A stretch of 64,000 nucleotides of DNA from a virus: IMG/VR virus record IMGVR_UViG_3300045988_163070; one strand, written 5' to 3'. Each line of letters begins with the position of its first letter. Position 1 is the stretch's first letter. The position numbers were made by a program, and so were the translations under genes. Of this stretch, positions 35,859 through 42,935 are shown one piece after another. The notes beneath the pieces are model-generated. The model searched no databases. It worked only from the letters and a program-made list of their open reading frames with translations, and was not told the DNA's origin.

Positions 35859-36178
35859 ATATAATATTTAAAACAATATATAACATGAAACACGAAAATC
35901 TTGATAGTACATAAAAAAGTTTATTTCCGTATTCTTGTCGGAAACGTCTTTATATAATTGGAAATCTATTCAAAATCAAAACAGTACAATGGTTATTAAA
36001 TAATTAGTCTAGTTTAGTTTTTGTGTTGAGTCGGAAGCCTGCAAGCGAGCATGAGCTTCCGGCTTTCTTTTTGCTGTAATTCAGCAAGTTACATTCACAA
36101 TCGAACTTTTTTTATATCTATTAGTAGCCCATATTAGAGAATTAAAACAAATCATAATGTCACTTTTGACGCTATATA

Positions 36179-36207
36179 ATGGTCGAAAAATGGTCGGATT
36201 ATGGTCG
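36179..36207 (+). promoter_or_regulatory. three phased ATGGTCG direct repeats just upstream of the integrase gene
   Basis: ATGGTCG at 36179, 36190 and 36201 (11-bp phasing), 34 nt before the int ATG. Confidence 0.5.
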
Positions 36208-36240
36208 GAAAACATGATACGATCGAAAACAGAATAAAGT

Positions 36241-37419
36241 ATGGCTACATTTTCATTGGTAATTGTCCCAGCTAAAAAACTATCAGACGGGACACATAAA
36301 ATAAGAATCAGAGTAGCACATAACTCTGATACAAGATTCATCACAACAGAAATTGTCGTTCGTGAAAACGAATTTAAGAACGGAAAGATAGTCCAACGCC
36401 CAGACAAAGATTTCCTCAACATAAAATTGCAGGAATGGTATAACACGTACTTCAAACGCTATATAGAATTAGAGCATGCAGAATCGTTAACTTGCGCCCA
36501 ATTAGTTAAGATGATAACAAACCCTATTAATGGCGAACGTAATCGCAAATTTGAGGATATCGTTGAAGAATTCCTCTCACAGATCGATGAGGATGATAGA
36601 GAAAAAACGCATAAACTTTATAAATTGGCCGCTAAACATTTTATTCGGTTTACTGGTCCAAGTACACTCATGGAACACATAACACCAATCCGGATTAATA
36701 ACTATCTAACGCATTTAAGGAAGAGCAAACTCTCTCCTACCTCAATCAAAATCTATATTACACTATTGAAAGTGATAATAAACTATGCCATCAAGATGAG
36801 ATACGTAGAATATAAGGTAGATCCATTTGTCACAGCTTCCATTCCTTCAGCTAAGAAAAGAGACACACATATCACAGTTGAACAACTAAAGATTATTAGA
36901 GATATGGTACCTAATCAATATAACGTATCAGTAGTTCGCGACATTTTCATGCTTACTTATTATTTAGCCGGCATGAACTTAGTTGATATGCTGGCTTACG
37001 ACTTCCGGACCGACATTGTAGATTACATCAGAATCAAGACAAGGAATACTAAAGATGGTGACCGGTTGACTTCGTTTGCGATTCCTGATGAAGCAAAACC
37101 TCTCATCAAGAAATATATGAATAAGAATACCGGAAAGCTCGTATTTGGAAAGTATAAAACCTATGTATCCTGTTATAATACACTCACCCGGAAAATGAAA
37201 GTTCTGAAAACAGTAGCAGGCGTTACTCACAACTTAACATTATATTCAGCTCGCAAATCATTCGTTCAACATGGATACGACTTGGGAATTCCTCTTAGCA
37301 CATTAGAATACTGTATCGGTCAGTCAATGAAAGAAGATCGTCCAATCTTCAATTATGTATCAATCATGAAAAAGCATGCTGATAAAGCGATACGCGAGAT
37401 ACTTGATAATCTGAAATAA
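36241..37419 (+). CDS. int: tyrosine recombinase / phage integrase (Bacteroides type with N-terminal arm-binding domain)
   Basis: N-terminus FSLVIVPAKKLSDGTHKIRIRVAHNSDTRFITTEIVV (arm-binding-type), a SAM-like middle region, and the C-terminal LTLYSARKSFVQHGYDLGIPLSTLEYCIGQS...IFNY catalytic region. Confidence 0.85.
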   Translation: MATFSLVIVPAKKLSDGTHKIRIRVAHNSDTRFITTEIVVRENEFKNGKIVQRPDKDFLNIKLQEWYNTYFKRYIELEHAESLTCAQLVKMITNPINGERNRKFEDIVEEFLSQIDEDDREKTHKLYKLAAKHFIRFTGPSTLMEHITPIRINNYLTHLRKSKLSPTSIKIYITLLKVIINYAIKMRYVEYKVDPFVTASIPSAKKRDTHITVEQLKIIRDMVPNQYNVSVVRDIFMLTYYLAGMNLVDMLAYDFRTDIVDYIRIKTRNTKDGDRLTSFAIPDEAKPLIKKYMNKNTGKLVFGKYKTYVSCYNTLTRKMKVLKTVAGVTHNLTLYSARKSFVQHGYDLGIPLSTLEYCIGQSMKEDRPIFNYVSIMKKHADKAIREILDNLK

Positions 37420-37481
37420 AATAGTAACTTTGCAACATCAAGATAATACGGACATAATTCGGATTATTTTGGTTTGACTTG

Positions 37482-37510
37482 GTGAGGGGGTGGTTCCCCT
37501 CACTTTTTTT
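37482..37510 (+). terminator. intrinsic terminator of the integrase gene
   Basis: GTGAGGGG-gtggtt-CCCCTCAC followed by TTTTTTT. Confidence 0.7.
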
Positions 37511-37599
37511 ATATCCTCATCGAACTTTTTCAATCGTCAATAGTAATACCCTATGTAATCCTTCTGGAAATTTGTTGATTTGTGTGCTGTTGATTGGTG

Positions 37600-37633
37600 G
37601 GATTACAAACAAAGAGGTAGCTTCGGCTACCTC
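37600..37633 (-). terminator. intrinsic terminator after the 163-aa gene
   Basis: GAGGTAGC-TTCG-GCTACCTC (37614-37633), followed on the minus strand by tttgtttgt. Confidence 0.6.
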
Positions 37634-37644
37634 TCATTATTATT

Positions 37645-38136
37645 TTACTTCTCTATCAGTTCATTAGCTTCAAGTAATTCCTGTGCATCTTCCTTTAGAT
37701 ATATAGGAATAGAAACAATAATATCTTTCACACCAATATATTGGGCTAACACAGTACGATGTCTCCCATCAGAAATAATGAAAGATTTATTTTGTGATAT
37801 GTCCCACATAGGTGGATCAACACATTCTTTATTCAACCATCTCTCTATAGTATTGGCAAATCTGGACTCATCGTGCCAAAATCCATCAAATTTTTTATTA
37901 AAGACCACATCATATAAATTGGTTGAATTCTTTATTAATTTATCAACATTACATTGCATAAAAATCCTATTTGAATACATAGGATGATTAATAGGTAGTT
38001 CCATTTTACGAACATCAGTTGCCCAAACAGGAACAATACTGTTCAATTCATCATCACTCATTTTTCGACATTTATTCCTTAATAAAATATCTTCTTCATC
38101 TAAATCTTCATCATCTGTTTTTTTCCAATCTTCCAT
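37645..38136 (-). CDS. hypothetical protein with ParB/Srx-like DGRHR motif
   Basis: SFIISDGRHRTVLAQYIGVKDIIVSIPIY resembles the ParB/sulfiredoxin-fold core. The N-terminus is acidic. Confidence 0.45.
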   Translation of the reverse strand: MEDWKKTDDEDLDEEDILLRNKCRKMSDDELNSIVPVWATDVRKMELPINHPMYSNRIFMQCNVDKLIKNSTNLYDVVFNKKFDGFWHDESRFANTIERWLNKECVDPPMWDISQNKSFIISDGRHRTVLAQYIGVKDIIVSIPIYLKEDAQELLEANELIEK

Positions 38137-38243
38137 AGTAATTATATTAATTCATTACAATAAATAGTGAGATTTTACTAAATCACAAAATATAACTAAA
38201 ATTTAGAAAAGCCCCGTTCTAAAAATACGGGGCTACATTCTAA

Positions 38244-38435
38244 CTAATAGTTTTCAGCTAATTTTTGAATAGCTTTTAGTCTTTCTTTTATAGCTGAAAT
38301 TCTTTGTTTATCACCCGAAGAAGATAAAGATTTCAACTCATCTTTAAGTAACTCGGCTTGCTGCCTTTCAAGTTCCCTGGCATCTTCTTGGCTTATCGCT
38401 CCAAAGCCAGTAATCCTGTAATTGTCATGTTCCAT
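38244..38435 (-). CDS. hypothetical small coiled-coil protein
   Basis: 63-aa ORF. Confidence 0.35.
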   Translation of the reverse strand: MEHDNYRITGFGAISQEDARELERQQAELLKDELKSLSSSGDKQRISAIKERLKAIQKLAENY

Positions 38436-38471
38436 ACGAATAATTTTTTAAATTAAACATTTGTATTCCGA

Positions 38472-38511
38472 GCAAAAAATATGCCGGAACACATTTTCTT
38501 TGTATTCCGGC
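38472..38511 (-). terminator. intrinsic terminator after the lysis cassette
   Basis: GCCGGAA...TTCCGGC hairpin (38483-38511), followed on the minus strand by atattttttgc. Confidence 0.6.
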
Positions 38512-38603
38512 ACGAAGGCACTTGTTTATACGGTGACAAATATATATATTATTTCCCAAATATTGTATTCTTTGCTATATAATTTTATCCGAAAAATGTA
38601 TTT

Positions 38604-39149
38604 TCAATGAAATGGATATTTCTTTCTCAATTTATCCCACAGCCAACTTACAATTAACAAACCTATAATACAGCAATACACATTATCTTTATGCAAATCC
38701 CACCACGAAAGTTCTACTATATTTTCCTTCTGATTTAATATAGCATCAACCTTATTACTCAATGTATCTAACATGTTAGAGAGATGTTTTAGGGTAACAG
38801 ATACTGTTTCATCAACTTCTGTTCTTTCCTGTTCTTGTTTGGATGCAGTAGTAGTACTTTCCTTCACTACGTGTTGTTTTCCGACAGAATCAGGAGCAGA
38901 CAAATAAACAGTTTTATTTTCCAACTTTAGATTACTTAGCCGGTCATTTGTTATCTTCGTTTGCTTACTAACATCCGCTCGCAGTGATTGAATAACACTT
39001 TGAATGCGATTAAAATCATCAGAGTAGTCAATCTGCTTTTGAGTCTCAATGTTCCGAGACGCCTGGCAAGAAGAACATACAAGACAACAGACTATTACAG
39101 CCAGCAGACTAATTATAGCCGTTAGGCACATCTTAGCTAAATCTTTCAT
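38604..39149 (-). CDS. spanin-like lysis protein (N-terminal Cys-rich signal/TM segment and C-terminal TM)
   Basis: MCLTAIISLLAVIVCCLVCSSCQAS at the N-terminus, a coiled middle region, and the C-terminal YCCIIGLLIVSWLW. Overlaps the amidase gene stop. Confidence 0.4.
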   Translation of the reverse strand: MKDLAKMCLTAIISLLAVIVCCLVCSSCQASRNIETQKQIDYSDDFNRIQSVIQSLRADVSKQTKITNDRLSNLKLENKTVYLSAPDSVGKQHVVKESTTTASKQEQERTEVDETVSVTLKHLSNMLDTLSNKVDAILNQKENIVELSWWDLHKDNVYCCIIGLLIVSWLWDKLRKKYPFH

Positions 39150-39640
39150 GGCTTTACAACTACATTACGTAAAAAGTTACTAAATTCACTCCTCACATCA
39201 AAACAAGGACACGCTTTGATATATTCAAGCGGTTCTACCTCTCCACTACCATCGAGATCAGGTGATGTATCCCGGTGCCCTAACAATTCAATGATAGGAT
39301 ACTCCTTACAGAGTTTTGCTACAAGATCACACAATGCGTTTTTTTGTGCATCCGTACGGGTGTCCTTTGCCTTTCCGTTCGCATCAAGTCCACCGATGTA
39401 GCAGATACCGACACTGTGTTTATTATAACTAATACCGGAAAACCCTTTCGTGTTACAATGTGCTCCGTCAATGGATAATGACCGACCGTTTTCTACGGTA
39501 CCATCTAAATCTATCACGAAGTTATAACCAATCTGGCTGAACCCTCTTTGTTTGTGCATCAGGTCAATATCCTTTGCACGTATGTCCTGTCCGGCTTTCG
39601 TTGCCGAACAATGGATGATAATTGAATCAATTGTTTTCAT
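39146..39640 (-). CDS. N-acetylmuramoyl-L-alanine amidase (Amidase_2/PGRP-type endolysin)
   Basis: IIIHCSATKAGQDIRAKDIDLMHKQRGFSQIGYNFVIDLDGTVENGR...GAHC...SVGICYIGG...LLGHRD. Confidence 0.85.
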   Translation of the reverse strand: MKTIDSIIIHCSATKAGQDIRAKDIDLMHKQRGFSQIGYNFVIDLDGTVENGRSLSIDGAHCNTKGFSGISYNKHSVGICYIGGLDANGKAKDTRTDAQKNALCDLVAKLCKEYPIIELLGHRDTSPDLDGSGEVEPLEYIKACPCFDVRSEFSNFLRNVVVKP

Positions 39641-40152
39641 ATCTTTTCCTCCTTGTCTAATTCTCCTTCAATTCTGTCGATAATACTCTGCACATGTGCA
39701 GGTGTAGCTCGCTTAAATTCAAAACGTATCACATGATAGATGATACGGAATCCTTTGTTTTTAGGATATGCAATAATCAGATTTTTGAACGCATTCTGAA
39801 GATACACATAAGAGAACACATACGTTATAGTCTTGATTACCAATAATGAGTTCTCACCGTCTCCTATTAAGGTCATAAAGGAGAAAATCACCTCAATGAT
39901 TATAAGATAGAGAACAAGTTCGACCAAGGCATTTTTAAACTTACCCCATTTGAAGTTTTTACAACGTATAATCGAAACACCATCAGCTCTCATTCCACAC
40001 CAAATATTGAATCCAAACATTATAATCAAAGCTATAAGGAAACCTTTAGTCGGTGTTAAATAAGCAAGAAGAGAGCTGAACATCGAAACGAAAATAATTC
40101 GTATCTGGTCTACATTAAATAGCTCATATAACCATTTCATAATATTAATCAT
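39637..40152 (-). CDS. putative holin (4 TM)
   Basis: Four hydrophobic helices, immediately upstream of the endolysin with a 4-nt overlap. Confidence 0.45.
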   Translation of the reverse strand: MINIMKWLYELFNVDQIRIIFVSMFSSLLAYLTPTKGFLIALIIMFGFNIWCGMRADGVSIIRCKNFKWGKFKNALVELVLYLIIIEVIFSFMTLIGDGENSLLVIKTITYVFSYVYLQNAFKNLIIAYPKNKGFRIIYHVIRFEFKRATPAHVQSIIDRIEGELDKEEKI

Positions 40153-40445
40153 AAAGTTAAAGCTATCAATATTGAAAACACAGTAATCAGTCCTGGCAAT
40201 AAGACAGTAGCTAATGCGTCAAGCCAGTCAAAGGCAAATCCACACTTCTTCTGAATGTACTCAACAATGATCGCAGCAATGGCAGTTGTCGTTAAAGAGA
40301 CAATAGCAGATTTGCAGAAATCAATGTTTAATAGAAGAAAACAGAAGGCAAGCATCACAACAAAAACGAATACTCCAGCTTTTACATGTGCTGGCCGGTT
40401 AGACTGTAAAATCCAATCATACAATACTTTTATACTCATACTCAA
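40149..40445 (-). CDS. small 3-TM membrane protein (holin/antiholin candidate)
   Basis: 98 aa with three hydrophobic segments; first gene of the lysis cassette. Confidence 0.4.
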   Translation of the reverse strand: MSMSIKVLYDWILQSNRPAHVKAGVFVFVVMLAFCFLLLNIDFCKSAIVSLTTTAIAAIIVEYIQKKCGFAFDWLDALATVLLPGLITVFSILIALTL

Positions 40446-40480
40446 AGCGTTTAATTATTAATAAAATATTCTGTATGAGA

Positions 40481-40488
40481 CAAATGTA
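40481..40488 (-). promoter_or_regulatory. TACATTTG -7 box upstream of the lysis cassette
   Basis: Plus caaatgta 40481-40488 equals minus TACATTTG, an exact TAnnTTTG match, about 36 nt upstream of the ATG at 40445. Confidence 0.45.
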
Positions 40489-40591
40489 TTGAGTATAGTA
40501 ACCGGTTTGCCAAAAGTGAAAAATCTTGGAAAGTCATTTCCTTTTAATAAGCTATTTATTAACGACTTACAAAACGGACTAATTTTATAGG

Positions 40592-40622
40592 AAATAAAAA
40601 AGGTAGTCGAAAACCGGCTACC
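40592..40622 (-). terminator. intrinsic terminator ending the DGR operon
   Basis: 8-bp hairpin GGTAGCCG-guuuu-CGACTACC on the minus strand (plus 40602-40622), followed by TTTTTTATTT. Confidence 0.7.
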
Positions 40623-40647
40623 TTACATCTATCTATTAAGAAGAGAC

Positions 40648-41130
40648 TTATTGATATAAACTTAGATCAACAGCATCTTTCTTTTTCCAACCAGCAGCTA
40701 ATGTGCGCTGAACAAAAACCATTTCCTTAGTATAAAAGTCCGTCAGATTTTCCAAGGTATTAAATTCATAGTAGACAGGTTCATCATCTGTTCCAAATTT
40801 AAATCTTACTGGTAAAGAGGTACCGTCTGTCTGCACTGCAAGATCATAGGCTGATTTATAATTGAACTGGTTTTCCTGTGATAACCATACAGGTATGCCA
40901 TTATAGGTAAATCCGGACATGATCTCGTTATTTATCTCCTGATTATACCAGTTAATAACCATAACCTTTACCTCCTCACTGGTAGGCTTATAAGAGAACT
41001 CCTCTTCCATATAGGAAGCATTTCCCTCTTGCTCACTTGGCTGTACATCCCAACGTACACGCCACTTATTTTTCACCGGATTTACACACTCAAAGAGCGA
41101 TACACCGGAACTTCCTTCTACTCGTTTCAT
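40648..41130 (-). CDS. hypothetical protein translationally coupled to the DGR RT (possibly DUF4376/XkdW-like)
   Basis: Its ATG overlaps the RT stop (TAATG). GFTYNGIPVWLSQENQFNYKSAYDLA loosely resembles DUF4376 tail-associated proteins. Confidence 0.4.
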   Translation of the reverse strand: MKRVEGSSGVSLFECVNPVKNKWRVRWDVQPSEQEGNASYMEEEFSYKPTSEEVKVMVINWYNQEINNEIMSGFTYNGIPVWLSQENQFNYKSAYDLAVQTDGTSLPVRFKFGTDDEPVYYEFNTLENLTDFYTKEMVFVQRTLAAGWKKKDAVDLSLYQ

Positions 41131-42446
41131 TAGCTAAATACATATTTTGTTCGACCTTTACCGAACGTCTCCGTCTTAATCGTTGTTTCAAACGGAAAAC
41201 CATCCGGCATACTTGAAATTTGTTGGAGGATATTTTTCATTTCCTCCGAATTGGTGAAGAACTTCTTCATTTCACCATTTTGCTCAATTGAGACAATACA
41301 ACGGTCTTCTCCCTGCTCTGTTTTAATACCCATTTCATAATCTTTCACTATGATAGGGAGATTTACCAATTCTCTTATGGAAACAACTGTGCCTGGAAAA
41401 CGCTTCTTCCCGTCTTCCGGCTTGTAAGTGACGTTTAAATCTTTGAAACTTTTCATTTTTATGCCTGTTAATTTATAAAATAGATTCTTGCAATCGGCAT
41501 GCTTTACCAAGCCATAAAAAGAGGCAATGAGTTCTTTACGACGTCTACGGCTTTTCACTTTATGAAGCCTACGAGCAAAGTTCTGTTTGTTCCTTTTGCG
41601 TACACGGGTATGATCCGGATAAATAACGAAGCCTAAGAAATCAATACCTTGCTTGGTTGGAAATACACGTTCAATCTTTTTAATCACAAGATTTATCTTA
41701 GCCACCTGCAGACACACAATATTACGCATCTTCCAAAGAACTTTTTTGCTCCCATTCAAAACACGCCCGTCGTCACAATACCGGAAATAGTGCTTCACGC
41801 CTTCCCGGTCCTTCAGGACATGGTCGATAAAAATGGATAACAGAAGATTACCAAGCCCCTGCGAACTTCTTAATCCTATGCTTATTCCCTTTTGCATCAC
41901 GTCCACGAATCCGGAAAGTAGCTGAATGAGCTTATTATCCTTAAACACCTTATTAACACAGTATTTCATAAAATCATGATCAACATTCTCATAAAATTTA
42001 CGAATATCAAAAGTGTAACAGAACTCTGTTCCTTGTGCATCATTCCCTATCGAATCACGTACATAACATAATAGATCGTGTGTACCACGTCCTTTTATAG
42101 ATGCAGATGTAGTCCGGATAAAACGACCTCGCAAATGTTCATCTACAACTTTCATAATTGCATGCACAGCAACCCGTTCTTTCAAAGAAAAAATTTGGAT
42201 GCGACGTAGTTTACCACCTTCAAAGACCTCCTTTTCAAAAAAATTACTAACTTTAAAACTGCCATTACGAATCCTTTCTGTCAATTCGTCAATGACTTCT
42301 TTTTTATGCGCAATAAGAGTTCTCCCTGAACGGCTGCGTTTACGTTTCCGACCTCGCAACACTGTCCAGAAAGACTCTTCCATATTTTCAGGAGTTATTA
42401 TCTCCTCAATGATATTGCCTTCTCTACGCATAATTTTTGCCTTCAA
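41130..42446 (-). CDS. DGR-type reverse transcriptase
   Basis: RT motifs ISIGLRSSQGLGNLL (the I/LGxxxSQ hallmark of DGR RTs) and FRYCDDGRVL (YxDD). The likely true start is ATG 42429-42431 (MRREGN...); the listed start is a TTG. Confidence 0.85.
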   Translation of the reverse strand: MKAKIMRREGNIIEEIITPENMEESFWTVLRGRKRKRSRSGRTLIAHKKEVIDELTERIRNGSFKVSNFFEKEVFEGGKLRRIQIFSLKERVAVHAIMKVVDEHLRGRFIRTTSASIKGRGTHDLLCYVRDSIGNDAQGTEFCYTFDIRKFYENVDHDFMKYCVNKVFKDNKLIQLLSGFVDVMQKGISIGLRSSQGLGNLLLSIFIDHVLKDREGVKHYFRYCDDGRVLNGSKKVLWKMRNIVCLQVAKINLVIKKIERVFPTKQGIDFLGFVIYPDHTRVRKRNKQNFARRLHKVKSRRRRKELIASFYGLVKHADCKNLFYKLTGIKMKSFKDLNVTYKPEDGKKRFPGTVVSIRELVNLPIIVKDYEMGIKTEQGEDRCIVSIEQNGEMKKFFTNSEEMKNILQQISSMPDGFPFETTIKTETFGKGRTKYVFS

Positions 42447-42651
42447 CTTTCTGGGCCCAACTTCTTCGAGAATCCCAATAAAGGGAAACCTACCAAACTC
42501 TACCCAACGATGTATGTTTCAGTTTTCCAGTCTTGCGACTGCTGTTACTGAGGCTCATCCCCCTCGGCTCAATGATGAGTAACTCGTACTCCTTATCGTA
42601 CGCCGATTAATTTCTTCAGGCACTAACGTCCAAATTCGTTTAAATTGTTTC

Positions 42652-42762
42652 CGAGCCGGGAACCGTTGTTCGCAGACGCATTCGATGAATCGTTACCGCA
42701 ATTCGCATACGAGACACCGCCGTTCGGGTTCGCGTTGTTGTTCGACCGAAAGACCACACGAG
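42652..42762 (-). repeat. DGR template repeat (TR)
   Basis: 111 nt, 105/111 identical to 43004-43114. The sense strand is rich in AAC/AAT codons (AAC AAC AAC GCG AAC CCG AAC GGC...). Confidence 0.85.
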
Positions 42763-42790
42763 TCTATGGGGGAATCCACCTACGGGGGTA

Positions 42791-42820
42791 CAAAATTAAC
42801 AATTTATTCATCTTGACAAA
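42791..42820 (-). promoter_or_regulatory. Bacteroides-type promoter driving the TR-RT transcript
   Basis: Minus strand TTTG (plus 42817-42820), 18 nt, then TAATTTTG (plus 42791-42798), about 30 nt upstream of the TR. Confidence 0.55.
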
Positions 42821-42843
42821 AGATTAAGTAAGTTATATTTTCG

Positions 42844-42891
42844 CCGGGCTTCGCCCGGATTTGTGCCGTTCGGGAAGAGCAGCACAAATCC
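42844..42891 (-). promoter_or_regulatory. two adjacent GC-rich hairpins just downstream of the fibre gene stop (terminator and/or DGR target-recognition structure)
   Basis: CCGGGC-ttc-GCCCGG (42844-42858) and GGATTTGTGC-N15-GCACAAATCC (42857-42891). Confidence 0.5.
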
Positions 42892-42935
42892 GAACATGGC
42901 TAAACGTTTTCCGATTTAGTCGCTTCGCTCCCGCT

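Noticed and set aside
36081-36455. 124-aa minus-strand ORF
   Set aside because: It overlaps the integrase 5-prime end and the repeat-bearing int upstream region. The integrase frame has clear domain signatures, and this ORF looks like a shadow frame.
42199-42827. Plus-strand ORFs 42199-42582 (127 aa) and 42645-42827 (60 aa) in the DGR region
   Set aside because: The first is antisense to the RT 5-prime end and the spacer. The second lies exactly over the template repeat. Their sequences are low-complexity and they are better explained by the TR/RT features on the minus strand.
42447-42935. Search for an Avd accessory gene between the fibre gene and the RT
   Set aside because: Hand translation of the minus strand gives only very short ORFs (for example MFGFVLLFPNGTNPGEARRKYNLLNLLSR), so nothing of Avd size is present here.
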